Below, one piece after another: positions 42,101-51,718 of a DNA stretch of 64,000 nucleotides. This DNA is from an uncultured Gammaproteobacteria bacterium (GTDB lineage: Bacteria; Patescibacteriota; Microgenomatia; Levybacterales; UBA12049), in the NCBI GenBank assembly GCA_964416445.1, contig CAYQEE010000002.1:42691-106690 (forward strand), written 5' to 3'. The translations under genes were made by a program, and so were the position numbers. How positions within the stretch are numbered: position 1 is the stretch's first letter; each line of letters starts with the position of its first letter. The notes under the pieces are model-generated. The model ran no database searches. It saw only the letters and a program-made list of their open reading frames with translations, and was not told the origin of the DNA.

Positions 42101-43887
42101 GCCTCACCAATTACTTGTCCTGGATGAGATACTGTTTGCACAGCATCGCTCACTAATTGTCCCGGATGTTGTGCAATCGTCTCAATAACCGTTGGTGCAA
42201 CAACTTGATGAAGTACATCTCTTTCAAATAAGGCAATTGCTTCTTGATCAATAAGTCCAAGAGTAATTGCTGAGATAGCAGCAATACCTGCCTGTCTTCT
42301 TCCTTGCGCACTAATATATGCTTTTGCACGTTTATCCTTTATTTCAATATCTTTTTGAATTTTATCCTTCCAGGCCTGTTTAAATCGCTCTATTAATGTA
42401 TTGACATCCGCTTCAGCCATCCCATCATCAATAAGCGATTGACGCAGTGCTGTGGCTTCATGCTCTAATTCTTTTTCTTTGGGTTTTATACTTTTATCTT
42501 CAAAATTAATAAGTCCTTTATTTAATAATCGATAATCTAATCTTGTGATAATCTCAGCTGCTCGTTCAGCGACCTTATCTCTATCAGATCCATGATTATA
42601 CGTTACCGTATGCAAAGCATTTTTCAATTCAGCAACTGATTTTCGCTGAATACCATATAGATCAGCTCCTCCTCCATTCATAAGCTCGCTATATGACGCC
42701 ATTTCATATTCAGTTGCTCGTAACGCTTCACGACGTTTTACTTCTCCCCTGGCAAGAAATTCTTTAACAAACTGAGGAGTTATTTTTGAAGGAATTTTCT
42801 TATATTCTCGGTTGAGTAAATAATTTTTTGCTCTCCCCGGCGCTAATTTAGCAATTCCTCTCAGAATTAATCCTGGAGGCTTAGGTGCTCTGGGACCAGG
42901 TGGAGTAGCATAATCTCCACCATATTCCCCTGCAGCTCGTCCTTTTTGAATATCTTTTTTCGCCTCATACCTTCCTCTGAAGCCAGCTATAACCACACCA
43001 ATTGTCGTACCAACAGCAGCTCCTGCAACAGGAATAAATCTTCTCGCCGCACCGGAAACAAGTCGCGAAGCGCCAAAAGCAACAATTGAACAGGCAAGTG
43101 CTGCACCAGTAGGACTTAAGAGATATCTCATTCTGGACCGTTGTGACCAACTGATAAACTTATCAAATTTACTCAGTTCAATACCTGTTGCATGAGCCCA
43201 TTTTGGATTCGCGATAAGAATGTTAATATTTTTATCAATTTCAGCTAAGGCATATTTATTCGTATCGATATCCTGTTTACATCGTTGGCCAAATTTTAAA
43301 AATTCGCCTGTCGCAGCAAATTCATCCGCTACGGTTGCAAAAGGATCATCTTTGTTATATATCTTCTTAACAAATTCAGATAGATTTGGGTCCTTACTGT
43401 CTGCGTATCTTCGAGCAAATTCCCGAAGGTAATCGTGCATTGTTGTCTCATCGGTAATTCTTCCATCTATCACTGGTTTCACCAGTTCTTCAATAATTTT
43501 TTCTTTCAAAACACCTTGCGCCTTATGAATATCACGAGCTCCTTCTGTCAATTGAGAGGTATATTGCTCGCGAACATGGTGAACTGCCTCTACTTCTTCT
43601 CTATCATGTTGTACCTTTTGTGCCGCTGCTACAGCGGTTGTAGCATCCATAGTAAGGAAGGAATTACCGGCTGCCTTCATGCGCTCTCGTAAATCACGAG
43701 CATTCTTGTAAATATAATAATCTTCAAAGGTGTGTAAACCAATTTTCTTCCAAAATCCTGCGCTCTTCATATCTCTTTCCCATTGAGCACGAGCTTCATA
43801 ATTTGCCCTTTTTGTAAGTTCTTGGCTCTTGTTGGCAATTACTCCAGTATTCTCTGGAGTTACTGGTATATCGGGTGTTACGACCAT
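39079..43887 (-). CDS. 1602-aa membrane-associated protein with helical N-terminus, Gly/Ala-rich hydrophobic hairpin and long Pro-rich region
   Basis: Hydrophobic segments LLSPTGAALACSIVAFGA...VAGAAVGTTIGVVIAG and AGIAAISAITLGLI; ~350 aa of P/N/Q-rich low complexity; no signal peptide seen. Confidence 0.8.
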   Translation of the reverse strand: MVVTPDIPVTPENTGVIANKSQELTKRANYEARAQWERDMKSAGFWKKIGLHTFEDYYIYKNARDLRERMKAAGNSFLTMDATTAVAAAQKVQHDREEVEAVHHVREQYTSQLTEGARDIHKAQGVLKEKIIEELVKPVIDGRITDETTMHDYLREFARRYADSKDPNLSEFVKKIYNKDDPFATVADEFAATGEFLKFGQRCKQDIDTNKYALAEIDKNINILIANPKWAHATGIELSKFDKFISWSQRSRMRYLLSPTGAALACSIVAFGASRLVSGAARRFIPVAGAAVGTTIGVVIAGFRGRYEAKKDIQKGRAAGEYGGDYATPPGPRAPKPPGLILRGIAKLAPGRAKNYLLNREYKKIPSKITPQFVKEFLARGEVKRREALRATEYEMASYSELMNGGGADLYGIQRKSVAELKNALHTVTYNHGSDRDKVAERAAEIITRLDYRLLNKGLINFEDKSIKPKEKELEHEATALRQSLIDDGMAEADVNTLIERFKQAWKDKIQKDIEIKDKRAKAYISAQGRRQAGIAAISAITLGLIDQEAIALFERDVLHQVVAPTVIETIAQHPGQLVSDAVQTVSHPGQVIGEAGQSIAAGVHNVGNTIDTIFHRQPNLISSGPGFHIDKVANNLQLNLPKGWDASLTGQHRITFIDHVTGKTYNYQYISDINGGHLGAPLSSHDVLPSDFQIATKEHALLQKGHVETAFKQWDLTNHGNDSEILKIIQSEQNYGHLIHDKSGINFYLPDGYHVKNVDLSHMRTVIDHNGHDYTFIMSHDANGNLVLDPQNASDPSANLWAVVDNPKTVQQLNDAWNNLYQHHPDLLTEYGAYIESQNYGESYHHIFSDYTNLTRMNGGVPQQYAGLELDLHWGDGRDWTNGGNWFNHKGALNFGGVLANPITAEQFGLESRIQGLVEAGLLPKDALTHPDKYQALISEYTKFLGNHNDTELQHIIDVNKNITDLLHPPQIPHDKMVMVVRLKSGQELWLPCGKDGTAILPPELQTPQGTPNELVAWVGAGVPTDSNGQIIESSNWIQHGTKGITMHFFASRPFNETSTATVSIVPRTAITTPINEIDFGVVPQNIPGPGGPIDAPILPLIFNPRDLVDRTPGPTIPPGLPPIPQVPPPIIPSPYSPYNPYSPYNPNSPYSSSGFARQNRPQIPNNAYNANALSPANAALNAPISPNINNQQNLPGIGLPPPEPPKKKKVHIPPINQAPGPQNNGGNPNLPPVPTTPNVPPIPAAVGNVPTPPLAPNSPYQSGANIQPSPNVPQTPNNPYQYGPNITPPPGSPNIPPQPQINVNNPYQYGVNIPMPGNRQASGPSQLNQPVGGIPLPQTPIEAGSGNGMNVPTYPRPNTPQVSPVAPISQEVNGRGVPPVETPTLPGGGSQPQNADVPITPQLQQALDNLLTPEPQRPVQQPVESQPNTAPSAPPYTPLNPSLEQLAQLNQSPEGFVAVDQMNLELFLADEHLSPIAAESRSLALNRSREFKDEALLAGVSESTAAGWFREMVVWLKKNPPQESMKEEPSLDINLIDRVNALAVLFPDLSIDPNLSRGVSILLAKFLSQRPLINLSAPDVDDKLFLFITLYEKTKDLTLQ
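40434..40486 (-). repeat. 9-nt coding tandem repeat, (S/N)PY tripeptides
   Basis: SPYSPYNPYSPYNPNSPY; TATGGACTA-like units on the plus strand. Confidence 0.8.
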
Positions 43888-44004
43888 ATAATACTCCTAT
43901 TTTAGCACATACGCGTATTAATATTCCCTCGCGCACCTACTAATACTAGCCTATTACAATAGTAAAAAGATTGCAATCACAATGAGGTTTTGGTACTTTA
44001 AAGG

Positions 44005-44364
44005 TTATTTGGTCTGAGGAACATTTTGAAGATACATGTCTCGAAACTCAACAAACGCTCGTTGAATTACCTCTTGAGTATTTGGCATATTATCCTTTAA
44101 AAACTTTTCAACTTCTTCACGAGGTCTCCGTTCATCATTTAACCGGATAAACTCGTCTAATTTATCCGCTGGTAAATTTTCCACTACTTTTATTGCTATA
44201 TATTTATCAAGGCGCTCATACATTTCTTTAAGCATTCCTTGATGAACACTTTCTTCAGCATTATATAGGTTTGCATCGACAAGGATCGTATCTAAATACT
44301 CTTTAATCTCCTTGGGGATAGAATCAAATTCAATGTCTCTCGTATCGTTTTGAGGTGTACTCAT
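44005..44364 (-). CDS. Small acidic helical protein, DUF5663-like (CPR-typical)
   Basis: L.EM.ERL...I...V.ENLP.DKL.EF..L.......EEV.KFL..N.PN..E.I pattern. Confidence 0.65.
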   Translation of the reverse strand: MSTPQNDTRDIEFDSIPKEIKEYLDTILVDANLYNAEESVHQGMLKEMYERLDKYIAIKVVENLPADKLDEFIRLNDERRPREEVEKFLKDNMPNTQEVIQRAFVEFRDMYLQNVPQTK

Positions 44365-44430
44365 GTGACTATGATTTCATACTGTCTATTCTTTGTCAAG
44401 AAATATATGAGAACGTTTAGGAAAACATTC

Positions 44431-45348
44431 TTACTTACTTCTAATCCACCGTTCAATATCTAATGCAGCCATACATCCATATCCTGCAGCAGTGACTGCC
44501 TGCCTATATTGTTCATCTTCAACATCGCCTGATACAAAGATCCCTTCTATATTTGTTCGTGTTCCATTTTGAGCTCGGATATAATTATGTTCATTCAATT
44601 CTACTCCTTTGAATATTCTTGTATTTGGCATATGACCAATAGCAACAAAAACACCATCAATAGGTATTTCAGTAGTTTTATTTGTTTTATTATTGAAGAG
44701 TTTTACTTTTTCCACTTTATTTTCCCCCAAAATTTCTTTTATTTCTGTATTATAGAGAATATTAATCTTTGGATGTTTTTTTATTTTATCCTGCATAATT
44801 TGACTTGCACGAAAATCATCCTTTCTATGAATAACCGTAACATGATTAGCAACTCCTGCCAAAACAAGTGCTTCTTCCATCGCACTATCTCCTCCCCCAA
44901 CTACAATAACATTTTTATTGCGAAAAAACGGTGCATCACAGGGAGCACAAGAAGATACTCCTCTCCCTATTTTCTCTGCTTCACCAGGAACGCAAAGCCA
45001 TTTTGTATCTGCTCCGGTAGCAATGAGGACAGATTTTGATTTATATGTTTTCCCTTCAACGATCACCGAGAACGGCCCACCACTCTGTTTACTAAAATCA
45101 GTTTCGGGTAAATCAGCGTCTATAAACTTTGCTCCATGATGTTCTGCCTGTTTACGCATCGCAGCCATTAATTCAGGTCCTTGTATTCCTTCAGGAAATC
45201 CTGGAAAATTTTCAACAAGGGTAGTGAGCATTAATTGGCCTCCCCACTTTAAGCCAGCAATTACAAGAGTTTCCAAATTTGCTCGAGTGGTATAGATCGC
45301 CGCCGTAAGGCCTGCAGGACCTGATCCAATTATAATAACATCAAACAT
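44431..45348 (-). CDS. trxB: Thioredoxin reductase
   Basis: GSGPAGLTAA, CAPCD, GGGDSAMEEA, YRQAVTAAG. Confidence 0.96.
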   Translation of the reverse strand: MFDVIIIGSGPAGLTAAIYTTRANLETLVIAGLKWGGQLMLTTLVENFPGFPEGIQGPELMAAMRKQAEHHGAKFIDADLPETDFSKQSGGPFSVIVEGKTYKSKSVLIATGADTKWLCVPGEAEKIGRGVSSCAPCDAPFFRNKNVIVVGGGDSAMEEALVLAGVANHVTVIHRKDDFRASQIMQDKIKKHPKINILYNTEIKEILGENKVEKVKLFNNKTNKTTEIPIDGVFVAIGHMPNTRIFKGVELNEHNYIRAQNGTRTNIEGIFVSGDVEDEQYRQAVTAAGYGCMAALDIERWIRSK

Positions 45349-45370
45349 ACACTAATAACTTAATCTGGAA

Positions 45371-45697
45371 TTAATTATTGAGGATTTCATCAATTGCTTT
45401 TTTAAGTACTTCTTTTCCTTGGGCACCAATAAGTGTCTTGACTACTTTACCTTTTTTGAAGAAGGCAAGCGTAGGAATACTCATAACACCATACGTAGAA
45501 GCTGTTTGTTGATTTTCATCAACATTTAATTTCCCAACAACTATTTTATCTCCATATTCTTTTGCAAGTTCTTCTATAATTGGTCCAACAATTCTGCATG
45601 GCCCACACCAAGGAGCCCAAAAATCTACTAGCACTGGTTTATCAGAATTTAGTACTGTTTGTTGAAAATTTTGATCGCTTACAACTAAATCAGCCAT
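45371..45697 (-). CDS. trxA: Thioredoxin
   Basis: DFWAPWCGPC and SIPT. Confidence 0.97.
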   Translation of the reverse strand: MADLVVSDQNFQQTVLNSDKPVLVDFWAPWCGPCRIVGPIIEELAKEYGDKIVVGKLNVDENQQTASTYGVMSIPTLAFFKKGKVVKTLIGAQGKEVLKKAIDEILNN

Positions 45698-45789
45698 GTA
45701 TTATTTATACTCCTAATAAGGTACTTCTGCAAGTGGTTAAATTACATACTAACTTACTATTCGGTATGTTTCTTTGAGTTGAAAATGTA

Positions 45790-47361
45790 TTATTCTAAAT
45801 CTTCTCTTTTTGCATGAAGATAAACAAATAATTCCTCAAAAAAGCCGAAAATAACTTTAAATGGAGCTTCTATAAGAAAATCAAAGATAAAGATAAGAAT
45901 ATTAATTTGAGAAATTCCATCAGTTAATCTCATACCGACTTTAATAATTGGTAAGAAAAGAATATCTATAAAAGGCGTTAATAACCCTTGCCCATTTTCT
46001 ACTGTATAAGCTTGTGCGGTTAGATTAATTCGATAAGATAGAAACGAAACAATTGTTATGAAAAAGATAAATACTGTTTGACTTACTGGATTAAAATTCA
46101 ATTTCGTTAATACCCAAATCATTAATCCAAAACTTAAACCAAAGAAAAGAATCCATAATAATGCAAAAATGCTAGTAGTAAGTGATCTTGTCTTTTTTGG
46201 TTTAATATACAATGTTAAATTCGGTGAAAGTTTCGGATGCTCTTCAAAAAGAATTGAGCGTGCTTTTGCTAAAATTCTTCGGGAATTAGATAACCCTGGT
46301 GTTTTAATAAAAAAGCTAACAATTATCATGAGTAATGGAGGGGCAGCTATATTAATAATTAATCCTGTCCAAATAATATGGCCATAGGTAATTCTGTCAT
46401 ATGTTCCTTCAACCGCAAATGCAAAAATAACTTTTGTTAAAAGTAAAAAGAAAACACTTCGAACAATCGCAGTTCGAACTTTAGAAGATATACTTTTATA
46501 CCGAGCATTACAAGCTGCAAAAATTGCTGAACCAAATTTTTCTTGATTTTCAATTAACGCAGGTATCGCATCTTTATGGGCATGTAATATATCCTCTAGA
46601 ATAAAAAACGTCGGAGTCTGTCTCTTTACAAATACATAAATTTTCTCTTTAAGTTGATAACTCAATTGATAGTTTATTTCTTTATATCCTCTCAAAAAAT
46701 TCTTTGCAATTTCATCTACACTACTCTCATTTAAAGGAGGAAAAATTTGTAAGAACAAATGATAGCGAAGAAATGCTAAATCATCTTTCGCTAACGCCCG
46801 ATGAACAGCAATAAAAACTTGAACATTCTTCGTATCTTCCGTATCATCCACGATCTCGATATGTTCTTTTAAAATATGATACATAAAATTATTCATTGCA
46901 TCTTTATCTTTATTTGGGTTTAATTCTTTAGCAATTTGACAAGACATTAATTGAAACATCCACGTATTGAGAGTTTTATCGGGAATTTTATGATAAGACA
47001 AAATTTTCTCTTTTAATTCAAGATATCTATCAATAACATGGGACGTCCGAATAATTAAACTTTGAGGAAGACTATTATCCGGAAAATATCGAGCCCAAAC
47101 AAGTTCACGAAGCAAAGGTTCTGCATTTTTTGCTCCTGATCCTCCTAGTAATAATCTTCTTTTCAAAATACGTTCTATAGCATTTTTCAAAATGATTTCT
47201 TCTTCTTGATAATCCATAGCATTTCTCAATTTTTCATACCAAGATGCTAATTCAGAAACGAAACGATTGACGGAAATTTTAGGATCTGTATTGATTTCAG
47301 ATTTTGATTGGAAAATGCTTATTACGGCACGTGCAAGAGGAGAAAGCTGTTGTACATTCAT
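45790..47361 (-). CDS. Conserved-looking hypothetical membrane protein
   Basis: 523-aa ORF, soluble N-terminal half (YEKLRNAMDY, AIERILKRR) and 4-5 C-terminal TM helices. Confidence 0.75.
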   Translation of the reverse strand: MNVQQLSPLARAVISIFQSKSEINTDPKISVNRFVSELASWYEKLRNAMDYQEEEIILKNAIERILKRRLLLGGSGAKNAEPLLRELVWARYFPDNSLPQSLIIRTSHVIDRYLELKEKILSYHKIPDKTLNTWMFQLMSCQIAKELNPNKDKDAMNNFMYHILKEHIEIVDDTEDTKNVQVFIAVHRALAKDDLAFLRYHLFLQIFPPLNESSVDEIAKNFLRGYKEINYQLSYQLKEKIYVFVKRQTPTFFILEDILHAHKDAIPALIENQEKFGSAIFAACNARYKSISSKVRTAIVRSVFFLLLTKVIFAFAVEGTYDRITYGHIIWTGLIINIAAPPLLMIIVSFFIKTPGLSNSRRILAKARSILFEEHPKLSPNLTLYIKPKKTRSLTTSIFALLWILFFGLSFGLMIWVLTKLNFNPVSQTVFIFFITIVSFLSYRINLTAQAYTVENGQGLLTPFIDILFLPIIKVGMRLTDGISQINILIFIFDFLIEAPFKVIFGFFEELFVYLHAKREDLE

Positions 47362-47598
47362 ATATTTGGATTATAGCATGATTACGGTATAAATTTAATT
47401 TTAAACAAGTATCCTATCATAGAGTAAGAGATAAGAACAATATAAATTGACAAACTAATAAGTAAGTTACTCTATATTCTATACTATTAATATAGTAAGA
47501 AAACGGAGAAAAATGGTGTTTTGCACCTCTTTTCCTTACTCTCTTCAATATTGCATATTGACAAACATTTGCGAATGTTTTTATACTAGAGCCTAACA

Positions 47599-48561
47599 AT
47601 GCCTAGAAAGAAAAAAGTTTTATCGGAAGAAATAACAAAAGATTCTCCTCCGATCTCCTCACAAAATATCCGATTGGAAAATAATAAAGAGTGTTGTAAT
47701 AATTGTGGCAAATGTGAAAATTGCCTTCATCCAATGGGAAATATTAAAAATTATACTCCTCTCCTTATGCTTCTTCTCATTGTATCTTCTTTTTTGCTCG
47801 GAATGTTACTAACAAAATTAGGATATCTAGAATCAAATGGAAGCTACCCTACAACCACGAGTGGAACAACGGGAACAAATCAACAAGCACAAAATCCAAC
47901 ATCTGCACCAAAACCTCTTCATGTTGCACAGGCAACAGGTATGGATGCAACAGCATTCAAAAAATGTCTTGATTCAGATAAGTATGCTCAGCAAGTTGCT
48001 GCAGATCTGTCTGATGGTCAAAAAGCAGGTGTAACGGGAACCCCTGCTTTCTTTATTGATGGTCTCTCATTAGTTGGTGCACAACCATATACTGTATTTC
48101 AACAAACCATAAATCAAGAATTAGCAGGATCACGTGCTAATACTCCTAATATTTTTTCTCAGTTAAGCGCAGCATTGAGTATGAAAGCATATGCTCAAAC
48201 TGTTACTGATACAACGACACCAACTCCAGCAGCAAGAGTTAATGTAACGGTTGGTCCATTTCCAGTTCTTGGAAATCCAAATGCTCCGGTAACAATTATC
48301 GAATATGCTGATTTTCAATGTCCTTTTTGTAAAGAAGCGTTCACTACAGTTGAACCTAATATAATAAAAGATTATGTAAATACGGGAAAAGCTAAATTTG
48401 CGTTTAAAAATTACGCCTTCTTAGGCCCTGAATCTATCGTTGCAGCAGAGGGTGCCTATTGTGCAAATGATCAAGGTAAATTTTGGGCATACCATAATTT
48501 TTTATATCAACACCAAGGTGCAGAAAGTTCAGGACAGTTCACGAAGACAAACTTAGAGTAA
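47599..48561 (+). CDS. Membrane-anchored DsbA-like oxidoreductase with swapped (circularly permuted) half-domains
   Basis: TM helix, then the usual C-terminal half (CLDS.KY...GVTGTPAFFIDG..LVGAQPY) before the usual N-terminal half (GNPNAPVTIIEYADFQCPFC...KFWAYH). Confidence 0.8.
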   Translation: MPRKKKVLSEEITKDSPPISSQNIRLENNKECCNNCGKCENCLHPMGNIKNYTPLLMLLLIVSSFLLGMLLTKLGYLESNGSYPTTTSGTTGTNQQAQNPTSAPKPLHVAQATGMDATAFKKCLDSDKYAQQVAADLSDGQKAGVTGTPAFFIDGLSLVGAQPYTVFQQTINQELAGSRANTPNIFSQLSAALSMKAYAQTVTDTTTPTPAARVNVTVGPFPVLGNPNAPVTIIEYADFQCPFCKEAFTTVEPNIIKDYVNTGKAKFAFKNYAFLGPESIVAAEGAYCANDQGKFWAYHNFLYQHQGAESSGQFTKTNLE

Positions 48562-48581
48562 TATAAATTACTCCTACTTAC

Positions 48582-49145
48582 ATGCGCATGCCCACATGGA
48601 AAGAACTAATTATACGAGAATTCTTCTCTTTTAAAGCCCTCTTGCTTATTCCTTTTTTTACACTTCTCTATGCTACCTTATCAGTAGTTCTTCTCAATTA
48701 TCGTTTTATTTATCAAATTTTCAGTGAAAATTTTCAGCTACATTATAAAATAAATCTATTACTAGCACTCTTTTCTGGCTTATGGACAACATTATCACTA
48801 AATGACTTTATTCTCTTTGTAATAAATGCCCTTCTTGTAGGTATCAATTGTTATCTAATATTAAAAACCTTTTACTCATTAGAACATGACGGAGCTGTCA
48901 AGTTTTCAATAGGTGGGGCAACACTTATTGGATTAGTGACTACGGGTTGCACTTCTTGTGGACTATCGTTATTGTCATTATTAGGTTTATCGACATCTTT
49001 CTCACTTCTCCCTTTTCATGGTTTAGAATTACATCTGGTTGCTATTACGGTCTTACTGATCTCATTAGTATATATGACAAAAAAATTATACGCAGTTCAT
49101 TCCTGTAAACTACATTCAACTAAAAAGTTGACCGATATATCCTGA
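48582..49145 (+). CDS. Membrane protein with GCTSCG (CxxC) motif
   Basis: Four hydrophobic helices, intramembrane CxxC, directly after the DsbA-like gene. Confidence 0.65.
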   Translation: MRMPTWKELIIREFFSFKALLLIPFFTLLYATLSVVLLNYRFIYQIFSENFQLHYKINLLLALFSGLWTTLSLNDFILFVINALLVGINCYLILKTFYSLEHDGAVKFSIGGATLIGLVTTGCTSCGLSLLSLLGLSTSFSLLPFHGLELHLVAITVLLISLVYMTKKLYAVHSCKLHSTKKLTDIS

Positions 49146-49198
49146 TTTGTCCTTGGATAACTAACGAGAAGAGATAATATGGTAAAATACAAGGACCA

Positions 49199-50335
49199 AT
49201 GAAAAAAACAATAATATTTTTTGTATTATTTATTGCTCTTCTTTTCATTGCTCAGCCACTCTTTGCACAATCATCTCCGCTCTCTGAACAACCTCTCGCT
49301 CAACAAGAGTATTTTGTGAAAGGAAAAGTTATCCAAATTATAAAAGAGAGTTACCAACAAGTTGATGGATATAATACTCTTACGCAAGTTGTTAAAGTAC
49401 AAATCCTTGAAGGCCCTCAAACAAATAAGATTGTTACTATTCAAAGAGGAAGTGATGTTAGACTAACCTCATCGCAAAAAATTGATGCAGGTACAACAGT
49501 TATTCTCGATGTTCTTAATGGCACAGGAACAGGAGCCCAATACAGTATTAGTGATACTTACCGGTTAAATTACCTACTCTATATTGGTATTGCTTTCTTC
49601 TTTGTTACATTACTTTTTACTGGAAAAAAAGGGCTAGGAGCAATCATCGGTTTACTTATTAGTTTACTCACCATTATGCTCTATATTGTTCCGCAAATTT
49701 TACATCACCAAAATCCCCTCATTGCAAGTTTGGTTGGATCTCTGATTATACTTATTGTAACTACCTATTTAGCTCATGGAATTTCAAAACAAACAAGCAT
49801 TGCAGTACTATCGACATTTTTTTCTCTCATTGGTGCTGTTATCTTTGCAATCATTTGTGTGAATATCGCCAGACTCGCAGGATTAGGTACGGAAGATTCC
49901 TATCTTCTGGAATTGAACCCAACACAGGCAATTGATCCAAAAGGATTACTTCTCGGAGGCATTTTAATAGGAACATTAGGAGCGCTTAATGATATTACGA
50001 CAACACAAGTAGCTGCGATATTTACGTTATTCAAACATAATAAGAAACTAAACTTCTTACAGTTAGCTGAACAAGGTTTTCTAATAGGTCGAGAACATAT
50101 TCTTTCATTAGTTAATACGCTCGTACTGGCATACGCGGGAACATCATTAACTATATTTATTTTCTTCGCCCTTAATCCTTCTCATCTTCCTTGGTGGGTA
50201 ATTATTAATAACGAATCTGTTGCAGAGGAAATAGTGAGGACAATTGCCGGGAGTGCCGGTCTTATTCTTGCTGTTCCAATTACTTCCTTTCTTGCTGCGT
50301 GGATCGCGACGAGAGAAGGATTAAAAGAAAGCTAA
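49199..50335 (+). CDS. YibE/F family membrane protein
   Basis: GALNDIT..Q, IGREHI.SLVNTLVLAYAG, EEIVRT. Confidence 0.9.
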   Translation: MKKTIIFFVLFIALLFIAQPLFAQSSPLSEQPLAQQEYFVKGKVIQIIKESYQQVDGYNTLTQVVKVQILEGPQTNKIVTIQRGSDVRLTSSQKIDAGTTVILDVLNGTGTGAQYSISDTYRLNYLLYIGIAFFFVTLLFTGKKGLGAIIGLLISLLTIMLYIVPQILHHQNPLIASLVGSLIILIVTTYLAHGISKQTSIAVLSTFFSLIGAVIFAIICVNIARLAGLGTEDSYLLELNPTQAIDPKGLLLGGILIGTLGALNDITTTQVAAIFTLFKHNKKLNFLQLAEQGFLIGREHILSLVNTLVLAYAGTSLTIFIFFALNPSHLPWWVIINNESVAEEIVRTIAGSAGLILAVPITSFLAAWIATREGLKES

Positions 50336-50607
50336 GGAACTTTAATAACAAAGTCTACAAATTCTTCTCCTGTATCATCCCATGAAACAGCAACATTATG
50401 AACTTCTGAAAGAAAAGGACCTTGCTTGCAGAACTCAATGAGCTGGTGAACTTTATCTTTATCTCCGAATGCAATTGCTTCCACACTTCCATCAGGAAGA
50501 TTACGAACCCAACCGTTTATCTGTAAACTCCTTGCTTTCCGCTTTACAGACTGACGAAACCCTACTCCTTGCACAAAACCTGTAATGAGAATATGAGCTG
50601 CTTGCAT
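50332..50607 (-). CDS. acyP: Acylphosphatase
   Basis: G.VQGVGFR and GWVRNLPDGSVE. Confidence 0.95.
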   Translation of the reverse strand: MQAAHILITGFVQGVGFRQSVKRKARSLQINGWVRNLPDGSVEAIAFGDKDKVHQLIEFCKQGPFLSEVHNVAVSWDDTGEEFVDFVIKVP

Positions 50608-50644
50608 TGCAATTCGCTATTATTACGTTTCTATTTTACTAAAT

Positions 50645-50944
50645 TTAAAATAAACCCTTTTGACTTATCACTGAATCTACCGGTTTTTTTTGCTCTAATT
50701 TTAATTGTTTCAGTTTCCACATAAAGAGAGCACCTTTATTTCGAGCATTACTATCAATAGCAAAAGATAATGCTTTTTCTAATAGAGAACGATGCATAGT
50801 CTTTGAGAGTTTAATATAGAGGCTTTTATGCTTCATATCATCTAAATTTTCAGCTAAGTAGATGCCAAAAGTTTGAAATTCACGAGAAACATATTTATCA
50901 GTAGTTGGATTAAACTTTTTAAGAATATTTCCAATTTGTTGCAT
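50645..50944 (-). CDS. Hypothetical protein
   Basis: 99-aa ORF (REFQ..G..LAE.LDD..HKSLYIKL, GALFMWKL). Confidence 0.7.
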   Translation of the reverse strand: MQQIGNILKKFNPTTDKYVSREFQTFGIYLAENLDDMKHKSLYIKLSKTMHRSLLEKALSFAIDSNARNKGALFMWKLKQLKLEQKKPVDSVISQKGLF

Positions 50945-51015
50945 AAACCTACTTAGTAGTATAAGTTAAAAATTGGACAAATGCTAGTCTAGGTTACTAA
51001 GAAAAAGGTAAGAAA

Positions 51016-51615
51016 TTACTTCGTGTTAAATCTATTCATAGCAGCAGTTAAGTCGACATCTAAACCCATCATAATAGCTTTAGAGGCATGTTTAAGCATC
51101 TCTCGAACTTTAGCATGATCTTGACCAGAAAACATATCCAAAACATAATGTTCAACACCACTATGTTGACTTTCACCTGGTCTGCCGATTCCCATACGAA
51201 ATCTCCAAAATTTATCTGTACCGATATTATCAATTATAGACATTACTCCTCTGTGGCCTGCTGACGCTCCTCCTAAGCGTATTCTCATACTACCAACAGG
51301 AAAATCAACATCATCATGAATTACCCAAATATCTTCTTCAGAGATTTTATAAAAGTTTGCTAACAACTTTACCGCCATACCTGAATTATTCATAAATGTT
51401 TTTGGTTTTGCAAGAATCACTTTTTGTGCTGAGCTATTCTCTGGCTGCCATTCAATTTCGGCAATATCACTTTTAAATTTCTCGTTGTTATTCCAAACAG
51501 TTTGCTTTGTTGGTTCAAAATCTTTAAGAAACTGCTCTAGTACCATAAATCCTACATTATGACGCGTTTTCTCATATTGTTTACCTGGGTTCCCTAAACC
51601 AACAATCAATTTCAT
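51016..51615 (-). CDS. pth: Peptidyl-tRNA hydrolase
   Basis: MKLIVGLGNPG..Y..TRHNVGF, KP.TFMN.SG, HDD.D, GHRG; start moved to ATG 51615. Confidence 0.96.
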   Translation of the reverse strand: MKLIVGLGNPGKQYEKTRHNVGFMVLEQFLKDFEPTKQTVWNNNEKFKSDIAEIEWQPENSSAQKVILAKPKTFMNNSGMAVKLLANFYKISEEDIWVIHDDVDFPVGSMRIRLGGASAGHRGVMSIIDNIGTDKFWRFRMGIGRPGESQHSGVEHYVLDMFSGQDHAKVREMLKHASKAIMMGLDVDLTAAMNRFNTK

Positions 51616-51718
51616 ATCGGTACTAGTATATGTCGAGAAAGACAAAAATGCAATAAAAACCCTAAAGAGTACTTTCCATTTTTTTGAAAAATACTCTTTA
51701 TGTTTCTCTGCTCAGCCT

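Noticed and set aside
39579-43692. Many short antisense or alternate-frame ORFs within the 1602-aa gene
   Set aside because: Expected shadows of Pro-rich, locally GC-richer coding sequence; no independent support
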